Shown here in pieces: positions 38,051-49,989 of a DNA stretch of 64,000 nucleotides. The notes under the pieces were generated by a model. That model was not told where the DNA came from, made no database searches, and was given only the letters and a program-made list of their open reading frames with translations. Location: positions 401,884,001 to 401,948,000 of the forward strand of contig NC_091283.1 of assembly GCF_032444005.1 (NCBI RefSeq), in the 5' to 3' direction. The DNA comes from Ranitomeya imitator (Eukaryota). The translations under genes and the position numbers were made by a program. Positions within the stretch are counted from its first letter, which is position 1, and every line of letters begins with the position of its first letter.

Positions 38051-39843
38051 ATGCAGCGCTAGATAGCAGAAAAGCCGGTAATTCAATTGCCGGCTTTTGC
38101 TATCTCCTTCACAAACCCGACAGGATATGAGACATGGTTTACATACAATAAACCATCTCATATCCATTCTTTTATTACATATTCCTCTTTAGTAATGTAA
38201 GAACTGTCTTTCAGTCACATTTGGTGTTTATAGCTATTAAATTAAAGGGTTAAATCGCGGGGAAAAATTGGCGTGGGCTCCCGCACAATTTTCTCCGCCA
38301 GAGTGGTAAAGCCAGTGACTAAGGGCAGATATTAATAGCCTGGAGAGGGTCCATGGTTATTGCCCCCCTGGTTAAAAACGTCTGCCCCCAGCCACCCCAG
38401 AAAAGGCAGATCTGGAAGATGCGCCTATTCTGGCACTTGGCCACTCTCTTCCCATTCCCGTGTAGCGGTGGGATATGGGGTAATGAAGAGTTAATGTCAC
38501 CTTGCTATTGTAAGGTGACATTAAGCCAGGTTAATAATGGAGAAACGTCAATTATGACATCTATCCATTATTAATCCAATAGTACAAAATGGTTAATAAA
38601 ACACACACATTATTACAAAGTATTTTAATTAAATAAATAGGGTGTTTTAATATTTTATTATACTCGTAATCCACCTGAAAACCCTCGTTCTGTAAAAAAG
38701 GAAAAATAAAAAAAATCAACAATATCCCATACCTTCCGTCGCTCAGTCACGTCTCACGATGTAAATCCATCTGAAGGGGTTAAATCATTTTACACCCATG
38801 AACTCTGCTAATGCAGCTGTGCTCCTGGCTGTAAAATTCTATGAATGAATGGAATGCAGGGGAATGACCTGTTACCTTGAGTCGCGGTGATGCGCCCTCT
38901 GCTGGATGTCCTCATATGAACTCGAGCCTGGGAACTTTTCAGAATATTTTCCCAACATTACATTACATTCATTCCCCGGGTTTTTACAGGCAGGGGCGGC
39001 TGCATTAGCAGGCTTCTGCTTGTAAAATTAGTTAACCCTTTCAGATGGATTTACAGCGTGGGGCGAATGTAATTCGGATGTCATACGGATGTTGCGATCA
39101 AAAAATCGCATGACACTCGCATGACAATCGCATGATTTTCCTCCGTTTTTTCGGTCCGTAAATCGGACCGTTTTTTATCTCTCAAGTGGAAAGGAGGCCT
39201 TAGAGTCTGATGGCTGTAGTAATCTGTTCAGAAGTTAGAAGCATTTACTGTAGATGGTAAAAATACACATTTTCTTTTCTGCTGTGCCACTTTGCATTCA
39301 TTCCTGAGAAACACCTGAATGGTTAATAAACTACCTGACTGCAGTTTTCAATATGTCAGGGGGCGCTGTTATTAAAATGTTTTTCCCAATATATAGGACC
39401 CCTACAGTCACTTCAAACATGGATAAGTCCCTTAAAAAATAAATTTTGTAAATTTCCTTGAAAAATGAAAAATTACTGCTACATTTTTAAACTTCCTAAA
39501 ATGCTAACAGAATAAAATTACATTTTACAAATGGTGCTGATGTAAAGCAGACATGTGGGAAATGTTATTTATTAATGTTTTGCTGTGGTATGACTATCTG
39601 GAATAAAGGGATAATCATTCAAAGTTTGAAAATTGCAAATTTTTTAACATTTTTCTCAAATTTCTGATATTTTTTATAAATAAAAACAAAACATATCGAC
39701 CTATATTTACCATTATCACAAAGTATAATGTGTCACGAAAAAACAGTCTCAAAATCACTGGGATTTGTTGAAGCGTTGCAGAGTTATTACCACATAAAGT
39801 GACACTGGTCAGATTTTAAAAATTTGGCTCCGTCACTATGGGG
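36991..39843. mobile_element. piggyBac-like element with nested Harbinger MITEs (37157..37482, 37628..39199)
   Basis: CCCCTTAATGAC ... GTCACTATGGGG|TTAA; nested copies flanked by TAA and TTA duplications. Confidence 0.75.
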
Positions 39844-40270
39844 TTAAGAGAGGAGTATGCTGCTCATGTGGGAGGCCCAGTCTAAAAATGACATAGTAGA
39901 AGAAGCGGGGCTCTCAGCAGCACAGAGTGTTTCAGGAGAGGAGTGTGCTGCTCATATGGGAGACTGAGTGTAAAAATGACATAGTAGAAGAAGCGGGGCT
40001 CTCAGCAGCACAGAGTGTTTCAGGAGAGGAGTATGCTGCTCATATGGGAGACTGAGTGTAAAAATGACATAGTAGAAGAAGCGGGGCTCTCAGCAGCACA
40101 GAGTGTTTCAGGAGAGGAGTGTGCTATTCATGTAGCAGGCAAAGTGTAAAAATGACATAGTAGAAGAAGCGGGGCTCTCAGCAGCACAGAGTGTTTCAGG
40201 AGAAAAGTGTGCTGCTCTTGTGGGTGGTGACAGACTGACATAGTGGAAGCAGCAGGATCCTCAGCAGTAA

Positions 40271-40652
40271 GGTTATGTGCCCACTTTGTAGAATAGAAGC
40301 AGAATTTTCTGCTTCAATTCTGCATACCCTTGGCAGGAAAAACGCATGTGGATTTAGACGCTTTTTTTACTCGCTTTTAACACGTAATTGACGCATCTTA
40401 CATGCGTTTTTCAAGCGTTTTTCTAATGCATGTCTATGGGTGCGTAATTACCGCTATTCCGGAAAAATGATGAACATGCTGCGTTTTTTACGGCTATGTG
40501 TTTCCGCCGCGGAAAAAAATGCAGCATGGGCACAACAATTGCGAAATGCATTAGGAATTAATGGGATGCTGTTTGTAAGCGTTTTTTAAGCGTTTCCACC
40601 ATGGAAAATCGAGGCAAAAACGCTTAAAAAAACACAGCATGTGCACATAACC
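40271..40652. mobile_element. Harbinger-type MITE
   Basis: TAA|GGTTATGTGCCCAC ... GTGCACATAACC|TAA. Confidence 0.8.
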
Positions 40653-41369
40653 TAACAGTCTGGGGTCTCCCATAAGATTAGTACCTCTGTCTCCTAAGCA
40701 CTCTGTGCTGCTGAGGACCCTGCTGAGAGAGGTGGGGTCTTCTCCCACCATGTAACTTTCAGTCTGTCACCTCTCACCTCCCACTCCTGAAATGCTCTGT
40801 GCTGCTGAGGACACATCCTTTATGCAACTTTCAGTCTGACTACCCCACGATCATCGTCACACACTTCTTCCACTAAGTGACACTTGTACTGTGACCTCCC
40901 CCTTAGGTCAGCACATATTTTTCCTGAAATACTCAGTGCTGCTGGTTGATCCAGCTGTTTTCCCTCTTTGTGGAAACATATTAACCGTTCGTGTACAAAA
41001 CCGACAGTGAGCGGACTGCACAAGGACTGGTGTGAGTCAGTGTGACATTTTTCCACCCAGCCTGATGGACTTTGTGTATAAAATCGCAGCGTGCAGCACT
41101 TTTTGGGATGAGAAATGGCTGATTTTTCATACGATTGTCTGAACCCAGCCTAAAGCCACCTGCCCATTTTTCACTGCTGATGTACAGAATGTGATTTGCG
41201 GACCGGCCATGGGTCTACTTACCTGAAATTGACTGCCTCATCTTTTTAAAGATCAGCGCAGTTCTCTCCTGAAACACTCTGTGCTGCAGGGTGAACCAAA
41301 TTGGGAATGTGCATGTGACTTGAGGAAAACCTAACACAGGTTAGCCATGAAAGGAGCATCTCATCAATG

Positions 41370-41540
41370 AGTGGTGATCAATGAGTGGAACAGGCTGCCA
41401 CGAGAGGTGGTGAGTTCTCCTTCAATGGAAGTCTTCAGACTGAGGCTGGACAGACATCTGTCTGGGATGATTTAGTAAATCCTGCTTTGAGCAGGGGGGT
41501 TGGACCAGATGACCCAGGAGGTGCCTTCCATCTCTATTTA
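41370..41540 (+). mobile_element. CR1 LINE 3' end
   Basis: TGGAACAGGCTGCCACGAGAGGTGGTG..GGGGTTGGACCAGATGACC..CCTTCCA is a classic CR1 terminus. Confidence 0.85.
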
Positions 41541-42160
41541 TGAGATATCTGGGCTTCTTTACCCACTACTAATGTTTTCCTGACATCCTCTGCGCTGCTG
41601 TTCATTTAATGTTTTGCGCCCATCAGTCCATTTTGCTGCAGAGCCCGGTACGATTAAGATCCTCTGATACGAACCCGCGCTCACGGTGGTCGGGTAACCT
41701 GAGTGTGTTTTGAATTTTTGTGGTTTCCTCCCACACAAACATAAGAAGAGCAAGCAGATGTCTGTGCAGAACACAACCCGCACCCTGAATACGCCATATT
41801 GTGCCAAACCATAACCATACCCAACATGTAAAAATGGAGTCTCCAATTGATGACCTCCATACATGCCCCCATCCGCCTGAGATCCAGAATCTAGAATGAT
41901 CATTTCCCAAAAGATTGTCTAGATTGGATGCAAATGTAACAAACCCTCAGCTGTGAGAAGTGTTAGGCAAATTAGAAAAAAGGCAAACTTGGAGCAAGAA
42001 AGTAAAAAAATACCAAAAGTAAAAAAAATGAAAAAATTATTTTAAAAAAACAACACGCAAATGATGGGGGGGGACAAGGTTTATTAAAACGTTTATAAGT
42101 GAAGTTTGTTGTACTGGGGTGTGAAAATCCAGCAGTTGAGGACTTGATGTAATAAGATAA

Positions 42161-42179
42161 GCTGCCACTAGGGGGAGCA
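42161..42179 (+). promoter_or_regulatory. CTCF-like motif
   Basis: GCTGCCACTAGGGGGAGCA compared with the consensus CCASYAGRKGGCRS. Confidence 0.45.
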
Positions 42180-42375
42180 AATTGCATAGAGAATTTCACT
42201 GACTTATTTATAATCAGTCAAATTGTTTTTATCCAGAATTATGAGGATTAACTTTTTTTTTTTTTTGGAAACCCACATTTTTAACATTTTGCTGTTTCTT
42301 AGCTCATGTTTTTGCTCAATTATTATTTTTTTCAAAATCTTCGACCACTTTTCTCAATTGGTGTAATAAAAGAGT

Positions 42376-42394
42376 TTGCCAGCAGGTGGCAGTG
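42376..42394 (+). promoter_or_regulatory. CTCF motif
   Basis: TTGCCAGCAGGTGGCAGTG is a full match to the CTCF core consensus. Confidence 0.55.
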
Positions 42395-42604
42395 TTGTAT
42401 GTGAAATCTTTATTTGGCCATGGCCAACTTGCAGTAAGTTCTGAAAGTAGCGATGGTGCATGTGGCAAGACTTTTTCTTTTTGTCCACTGACAGAACAAG
42501 AATGATGTTTCTTATTCTTATTGTTTATATACAGTGAAACTCTGAAAAAAAAATATATTTTTTAATTTTTTGCCTCATATAGTCATCACTTCTCGCATTC
42601 CTAT

Positions 42605-42760
42605 ATTTTATTATTATTATAGCGCCATTTATTCCATGTCGCTTTACATGTAAGGAGGGGTATACATAATAAAAACAAGTAAAATAATCTCAAACAATAC
42701 AAGTCACAACTGGTACAAGAGGAGAGAGGACCCTGCCCGCGAGGGCTCACAATCTACAAA
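42605..42760 (-). mobile_element. L2 3' end fragment
   Basis: (TTA)n, hairpin and GGACCCTGCCCGCGAGGGCTCACAATCTACAA shared with other L2 ends. Confidence 0.8.
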
Positions 42761-42979
42761 TATGTTACTTTCATATTATTCAAATGTAAAAAAAAGAGAT
42801 ATGGGACATTTGTCATGTGACAACAGTAATAGAAATGAGCATCCAATATATTGTAATAATGGGTCGTAGGATGTGATTGGTTGCTTTGCTATGAATTCCT
42901 GTTGTACCCATCTGCTTTCTTTGATTTTTTGCCGGCTGGGAGATTGAGATGATTGCTGCCAGTTGTTTCGTTTTCTTCG

Positions 42980-43022
42980 TCATTTCAAGAGTAATCGATG
43001 GGACTTTCCTGCAAGAAGAAGC
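42980..43022 (-). CDS. aqp8: aqp8 last coding exon (43 nt)
   Basis: TATTATAG| acceptor, (R)[16 protein letters not shown], resembling the RLILK C-terminus of AQP8. Confidence 0.85.
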
Positions 43023-46000
43023 CTATAATAGACAAATGGAGACATCTCTCATTATTTAGTGGTATTGTTTGCAGCAGCTCTCTATTTTATCTAGAAGAGA
43101 GGGGGTCCTGTACGGACAGGGGTTGGCACACCTGGGCTAGTCGTGACATAGAAGTAAGCTTGTGATTGCTTGGAGACAAAATTAATGAACCTGTTTGTTG
43201 TGATCAACATTAGTAAAAGCCATAAGGGAGAGAGGGAAGCTGCAGATCTGCACTTGATCAAATTTAGAGGAGATCTCCATTGAGGGCATATAGGCAAAGA
43301 GTGTCCTTTCAGGGCCAGCCACAGCGTAGAGGTGTCCATGTGATTTCTTGGAGCCAAAATTAAAGCACCAGCTTGTTGTATTCAACCTCAACCCTTTCAC
43401 GCAGCAGCTCATTTTCGTTTTTGCGTTTCTGTTTTTTGCTCCCCTGCTTCCCAGAGCCATAACTTATTTATTTTTCTGTCAATATGGCAATGTGAGGGCT
43501 TGTTTTTGCAGCACGAGTTGTACTTTTGAACAATTGGTTTTACCATATTGTGTACTGGAAACCAGGAAAAAAATCCAAGTTCAGTGAAATTGCAAAAAGT
43601 GCTATTCTACAACTGCTTTTCACCATGTTCACCAAATGCTAAAACTGGCCTGCCATTATGATTCTCCAGGTCATTTCGAGTTCATAGATACCAAACTTGT
43701 ATAGGTTCTTTTCAATTAAAGTGGTGAAAAAAAAAATTTTGTTGTGTCGTTTTCCGAGACCTGTAGCTTCTCCATTTTTCATGATCTCCTCCAAAGGAAA
43801 CTAGAAGCTGCAATCATCCTTTCGCTTGTGCTACATACAGCAGGGCTGCAGCCCTGCTCTAAGAAGCAGAAATGCTCACTTGCTATGAAAAATGCTCATA
43901 GCTTTTATAGCACTGACAACCACAGGGGTCTGCTGCAGACCCCGGGTTGTCAAGTCAGGCCATCGGCGACCCGGGCGCTGATGGGCGGGATTAGTGTCAC
44001 GCTTCCAGCGCAATCAAATCACATTAAGTGCCGCTGCCAGAGATTGTCAGCAGCATTTAGCAGGTTAACAGCCATGGGTGGATGGCGATTCCACCCGCGG
44101 CTGTTAGGGGCAGATGTCAGCTGTTCAAATCAGCTGACATGTGCGGGGAAAGATGTGGGCACTGCACCGGAGCCCACATCAAAGGGAGGGACACGACATG
44201 CGCTGTACATGTACGGCGCATGTCGTAAAGGGGTTAGAAAAAGCAATAACAGGAAGGGCGAGAGGGAAGATGCAGATCTGTACTTTATTTAATAGAGAGG
44301 AGAAACATAGTTTGATTATATGGATAAGGGGTGTCCTCCATGACATTGAGGTGACCATGTGATCGTTGGAGACAAAATTGATGCAGCAGCTTGTTGTGAT
44401 CGACCTTAGAAAAAAACAACAAAGGGGAGAGAGGGAAGCTGCAGATCTGCACTTTATGTAATAAAGAGGAGATTCCTTGTCGGGGCATATTTACTAGCCA
44501 TGGTGTAAAGGTGATCAATGACCATGTGATTGCTCGGAGACATGATTAATGACAAGTTTGTTGTGCTCAACCTTAGCGAAAACAATATCTACGAGGAAGA
44601 AAGCGATGCTGCAGAAATGCACTTTCTCTAATAGAGAGGTGATACCTAGTTTGGTTATATAGATAAGAGGTGTCCCAAAAGGGTGTAAAGGTGAACATGT
44701 GAGTGGAGAAAATATTAATGTAATAGTCTGTTATGACCGATATTACCAAAAACAAGAAAGGGGACAGAGAATGGGAAGCTGCAGATCTCCATTTTATGCA
44801 GTAGAGTGGGGACACCGTGGGGACATGTGGATGGCAATGTGTCATCAAGGTTAACCATTGCATAGAGATAACTTTGGAGGCAAAATCAATTTGCCGGACT
44901 GTTGTCACCAACATTACCAAAAAAAATACAAATAAAGTGAAGGGTGAGAGAGAAGCTGCAGATTACTACAGTGTGTTATCTAATTTTACCTAGTACCATG
45001 GGGGTCCTGAATGGAAACACATGGACAAGAGGTATCCGCTCGGGTCAAGGCATGGCATAGAAATGGCTACGTGATTATTTAGGGATAAAATGAATGCATC
45101 TGTAGGTTTAGGGAAAGAAGGAAGTTGCAGATGATACAAAAAATAGATACCGTAGATCCATAGAGAGGTTCCTACCCTCCCTATCACTTTAGTTTTTTTG
45201 TCCTAACCCACATAAGCTGATTAGACAATCTCCTAAAGGGACAGAACCATCCCTGCAGTCCCTGACCAAGCTGTGACTGCACCAATAACCAAAGGAAACA
45301 TCTTACCTGTATATGAGAGACACTATGACTGCCCCAGAGACAGGGCCCACCCAGTACACCCAGTGGTAATCCCAGTAACCAGCTACAACTGCTGGGCCCA
45401 AAGCCCGTGATGGGTTCAAGCAGGAACCTGATATGGAGCCTCTGTAAGACACGAGGAAAGGGTCACAGACACCACATTAGATCCTATTGAAGTCCATACT
45501 CATCATAAATGCTGTCTAATCCATCATTACTCACAAAATGGAGCATGAAAGTAACAAATCGGGACCCTCACCCAGTCAAAATTCCAGTTACAACAGTGAA
45601 TCCAATAGAATAAGGTGCCAGAGGGGTCCGGCTACGCTCTCCCACCGCGCCCATCACTACAGCAAAAACCAGGAAAAAGCTGAAGACTATCTCCACTCCC
45701 ACTGCTTTGCCCAGTGATGCCTCGCTGTCCAACATGCAGACCGCCCCTGTGCGATTTAGATATGATGATTCATCTGCCAATCCCTGGAAGAAGTATGGAA
45801 ACAATCAGCAAAAAAACAGTAATGAAAGAGGGTAAAACAAAAACATCACAAGAAGCAAAAAACATGTCTGTACCTTGGCCAACAAAGCTCCCAGCATTCC
45901 TCCGGCTAGTTGGCACACCCAGTAGGGTACTAGCAAAATGGGAGTCAGTCCTCCAGAAACTACTACACCTAGAGTGACGGCCGGATTGAAGTGTCCGCCA

Positions 46001-47566
46001 CTATAAAAAAACAAAACAGAAAATAGAAAATATAAGAATTATCTATTAACTATAGAGCACCAATATACATATACCAACACGACTTTATACAAATGCTGCC
46101 CTACTCCTCCTACCTAGACTATTTATACATCTCGTTGGTATTTATGATATTCGGATGTGTCCTTACTTACGATTTCTTTTGTCTCGAGTGGCCTGGGGCG
46201 TAACGATTGTGGCTGCATAATGTGCAACCGAGCTGACGCCAGCATCTATTTCGGCTGCATGTGTGTGAGAGGACACACATTGAAATTTATTGCGGCGCAG
46301 AGACCCGCCGGCACCCTACACTGCAATATAAGCCATTGGCCAATCAGAGTTTGGCAGCTGATTGTGTCGTGCCAGTCATAGGGGGTGACACATGGCCATG
46401 ATGTCATGCGCCACCCATGGCTGGCACAGCGAAGTCAGCTGCCGGTCTCTGCGCTGGCTATGAAAGAGGATTCTGCATATTGGGGGTGGAGAAAGCTAAG
46501 AATTGTTTGTGGGATTTTTAAGTGTGCTGGCAAAGAGCAGCAGAGCGTGGGACATTGTACTAGGAAGGGGCCCAGGATAGGGGATCATTAAACCAGGAAG
46601 GGGTCTAGGATGAAAGACATTATTACTGTAAGGAGCCCAGGATGTGAGATATTATACCAGAAAGGGGCCAAGGATGGAGGACATCATACCAGGAAGGGGC
46701 AAGATTGGGGATATTTTACCAGTAAGGGGCCCAGAATGCATGACATGATTGCAGGAAGATGCCTAGAATGGGGGACATTATACCAGGAAGGAGCCTAGGA
46801 TGGGGGACATTATTTTTGGAAAAGGCCCAGGATGTGGGAAACTATATCAAGAAGGGGCCCAGGATGGAGGACAATGTTGCAAGAAGATACTTAGCATGGT
46901 GGACCTTATACCAAGAAGGGGCTCAGGAAGGAGGATATTATCACAGGAAGAGGCCCAGGATGGAAGACATCATTCAAAAAGGGACCTAGGATGTGCAACA
47001 TTACTACAGGAAGGCTAGAGCTCTACAAGGATCCATAATGTGACTAACATGCATGTGGGGGCCCAGATCCAAATTTTGCACTGGGGCCTATCGGACTTTA
47101 GCTATGCCACTGTGAGTGGCACAAGATGACCTGCTTTGAAAAAAACTTCAGTTAGGCGTTCTTTATGCTATATGTCTCTAAAACGGTTAGACACAGAGAT
47201 ATCTCCTCCTTTCCATCTTACTATTGCGTCATTGGTAGATTTTAAAGATTTGTTACTTATTTCTTGGCTTGCCATATGGTACTGCGAAACTTGCCTTATG
47301 TTGCCAAGAACAGAGATGACAATAGCTAACGCAAGACCATGGGCAAGAGCCGGTAGCAGCGGTCCAGCCCCTGTAGGATTGACCAGCACTGAGAGACATC
47401 CGATGGAAATGAAGAGAACACATCCTAGAAGCTCCACTATACATGGCTGGACAAACTTTTCGAAGACGTTGAGTTCATCTTTCTCTTTATCCTTCTCTGT
47501 CAAAGCCTCTCTCGATGTAGAGGCCATGTTCTGCAGCTCTGTCTCAAGAGTATAAGATTTAGCCAT
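42980..47566 (-). CDS. aqp8: Aquaporin-8-type channel, 262 aa, join(42980..43022,45307..45441,45572..45783,45874..46000,47295..47566)
   Basis: Five exons total 789 nt in one frame with matching phases; [58 protein letters not shown]. Could be the AQP8-related paralog AQP16 rather than the ortholog. Confidence 0.93.
43100..45150. repeat. Degenerate tandem repeat of about 170 bp in the last aqp8 intron
   Basis: GAAGCTGCAGATCTGCAC-like cores near 43237, 44268, 44435, 44606, 44776, 44952, 45121. Confidence 0.7.
43392..44233. mobile_element. piggyBac-like MITE related to 2717..3981
   Basis: Shares GCTCCCC..CCCAGAGCCATAAC and CAGCTGTTCAAA.CAGCTGACATG; ends TAAAGGGG|TTAG. Confidence 0.7.
45307..45441 (-). 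CDS. aqp8: aqp8 coding exon 4 (135 nt, NPS-R motif); not in the ORF track
   Basis: GTCTTACAG| acceptor, [44 protein letters not shown], donor |GTAAGA. Confidence 0.95.
45572..45783 (-). CDS. aqp8: aqp8 coding exon 3 (212 nt)
   Basis: CTTCTTCCAG| acceptor, [17 protein letters not shown], donor |GTGAGG. Confidence 0.95.
45874..46000 (-). CDS. aqp8: aqp8 coding exon 2 (127 nt, first NPA)
   Basis: TTTTTTATAG| acceptor, [15 protein letters not shown], donor |GTACAG. Confidence 0.95.
46555..47015. repeat. Purine-rich minisatellite, about 32-bp unit, in an aqp8 intron
   Basis: ATACCAGGAAGGGGCCCAGGATGGAGGACATT-like units, e.g. 46654 and 46686. Confidence 0.8.
47295..47566 (-). CDS. aqp8: aqp8 coding exon 1 (272 nt)
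   Basis: ATG at 47566 with an in-frame TAA upstream; ends GNI-AG|GCAAGT. Confidence 0.9.
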
Positions 47567-47691
47567 AACAGCACCTTACATCAGCTGTTGAGAAATTAGA
47601 TGAAAAATAGATCAAGAAGGTGATCACAAAAGTTTGTCTTCTTCCTCCACCCAACTTTTGAACAAGTACAAAGCCCTCCTATACACATTAA

Positions 47692-47910
47692 AGGGACTCT
47701 GTCACCTGAATTTGGAGGGAACAATCTTCAGCCATAGGGGCGGGGTTTTCGATTCACCCTTTCCTTACCACAGAGAATGAACTTCAATCCAATATTGCAG
47801 CCAGCATGCAGCATGCAGCCGGCGGGTAAGGAAAGGGTGAATCAAACACCCGAAAACCCCGCCCCTATGGCTGAAGATTGTTCCCTCCAAATTCAGGTGA
47901 CAGAGTCCCT
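47692..47910. mobile_element. T2/Kolobok-type MITE
   Basis: TTAA|AGGGACTCTGTCACCTGAATTTGG ... CCAAATTCAGGTGACAGAGTCCCT|TTAA with long inverted arms. Confidence 0.88.
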
Positions 47911-48449
47911 TTAAACTAATGAGAGTCCTGGAAAATGTATTGATGTCCGATTTTGGACTGCTGATCTGATTGTTCAGCTGGAGATATGCCTCTGCTGACA
48001 TCAGCTCTTTCACAGAGAACGCAGGAGCACTCAGCCAAATCTTTAGCTATATCATATATACACTGCTCAAAAAAATGAAGGAAACACTAAAATACCACAT
48101 TCTGGATATCACTGAATGAAATATTCCAGCCAGTTGCAAATCTTTATCTATTACATAGTGGAATGCATTGAGACAAAAAAAAAACACAAAAATAATCAAC
48201 GTAGAAAACTGAATTTCCCATGGAGGTCTGGATTTGGAATGATACTCAAAATCAAAGTGGAAAATCAAAATGCAGGCTGATCCAACTTCAGTGGACATGC
48301 CACAAGACAAGGAAATGATGCTCAGTAGTGTCTGTTGCCTCCATGTGCCTGTATGACCTCCCTACAACGCCTGGGCATACTTCTGATGAGGCAGCGGATG
48401 TTCTTCTGAGGGATCTCCTCCCAGACCTGGGTTAAATCATCCTCCAACT

Positions 48450-48635
48450 CAGTGGTCCCCAACTCCAGGCCTCGAGGGCCGCCAACAGTGCAGGTTTTCA
48501 GGATTTCCTTAGTATTGCACAGGGGTTGGAATCATCACCTGTGCAGATGATCACATTACCACCGATGCAATACAAAAGAAATCCTGAAAACCTGCACTGT
48601 TGGCGGCCCTTGAGGTCTGGAGTTGGGGACCCCTG
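48450..48635. mobile_element. hAT-type MITE
   Basis: 8-bp TSD CTCCAACT at 48442..48449 and 48636..48643; TIR CAGTGGTCCCCAACTCCAG. Confidence 0.88.
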
Positions 48636-48704
48636 CTCCAACTCCTGGACAGTCTGTGGTGCAACGTGACGTTGCTGGATGGAACAAGACATGGAAGTCT
48701 TCTA

Positions 48705-48866
48705 GAATGTACAGTGAGTCCGCAAGGACTGGGTCCTCTCCCCTCTGTACCAGTCTGTCATTGTAAATTTGTTTACTGTAAACGATATCTATATCTCTAT
48801 ACGTAACCCCTTTTCTCATGTACAGCACCATGGAATTAATGGTGCTATATAAATAAATAATAATAA
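48705..48866 (+). mobile_element. L2 3' end fragment
   Basis: Hairpin GCACCATGGAATTAATGGTGC followed by a (TAA)n tail. Confidence 0.8.
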
Positions 48867-49989
48867 GTCCCAGATGTACTGGATTGGATTCAGGTCTGGG
48901 GAATGGGCAGGCCAGTCCATAGCTTCAATGCCTTCATCGTGCAGGAACTGCTGATAGACTGCAGCCACATGAGGTCTGGCATTGTCCTGCATAAGGACGA
49001 ACCCAGGGCCAAGTGCACCTGCATAAGGTCTCACAATGGGTCTGAGGATCTCATCTCGGTACCTAATGGCAGTCAGGGTACATCTGGCGAGCACATGGAG
49101 GGCTGTGCGGCCCTCCAAAGAAATGCCTCCCCACACCATTACTGACCCACTGTCAAACCAGTCATGCTAGAGGATGTTGCAAGCAGCAGAATGTTCTCCA
49201 TGGTGTCTCCAGACATGTCTGTCACATGTGCTCAGTGTGAAAATGCTCTCATCTGTGAAGAGAACAGGGCACCAATGTCGAACCGGCCAACCTTGGTGTT
49301 CTCTGGCAAATGCCAATCGCCCTGCATTGGGTTGGGCTGTAAACACACCCATGTCAGGCCCTCATACCACCCTCAAAGAGTCTGTTTCTGACAGTTTGAG
49401 CAACACATGAATATTAGTGGCCTGCTGGATGTCATTTAGCAGGGCTCTGGCACTGTTCCTCCTTGCACAAAAGAGGAGGTAGTGATCCTGCTACTGGGTT
49501 ATTGCCCTCCTACAGCCTCCTCCACATCTCCTGGTGTACTGTCCTGTCTCCTATTATCTGCTCCATGCTCTGGACACTACGCTGACAGACACAGCTATCC
49601 TTCTTGCCACGTCTCGCATAGATGTGCCATCCTAAATTAACTGCACTACCTGTGGGTTATACGATAAACATCACCTTATGCTACTGTACCTCTAGGGGTG
49701 AGAGCAATGACTAAATGTGAAAGTGACCAAAACAACAGCCAAAAAGGATGATAACAGAGAAGTGGTCTGTGGTCACCCCTGCAGAACCACTCCTTTATAG
49801 GGGTTGTCTTGCTAATTGCCTATCATTTCTACCTGTTCTCTGTTCCATTTGCACAACAGCAGGAGAAATAAATTTGCAATCACTGTTGCTTCATAACTGG
49901 TCAGGTTGTTTTTTAAAAAATGTGATTGACTTGGAATTACATTGTGTTGCTTAAGTGTTCCCTTTATTTTTTGAGCAGTGCTTATACCT

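Larger units (their letters stand above)
36520..40950. repeat. 88-bp tandem repeat family in mixed orientation, interrupted by MITEs
   Basis: CAGCAGCACAGAGTGTTTCAGGA at 39915, 40003, 40091, 40179 (88-bp spacing); reverse-complement units at 36520..36950 and 40660..40950. Confidence 0.8.
48061..49980 (-). mobile_element. Tc1/mariner element with a decayed transposase
   Basis: TA|CACTGCTCAAAAAAAT ... ATTTTTTGAGCAGTG; VLFTDES, VWGGIS, LMQDNARPH, WPAHSPDLNPI. Confidence 0.9.

Noticed and set aside
41559-41903. 114-aa minus-strand ORF between CYP2 and aqp8
   Set aside because: No recognisable domain or splice pattern; it contains GGTTTCCTCCCACA, reminiscent of a SINE core, so it is more likely a decayed repeat.
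44990-45187. ORF with [13 protein letters not shown] as a possible aquaporin exon 4
   Set aside because: The true exon with NPS-R and correct splice phases is at 45307..45441; this ORF is intronic repeat sequence.
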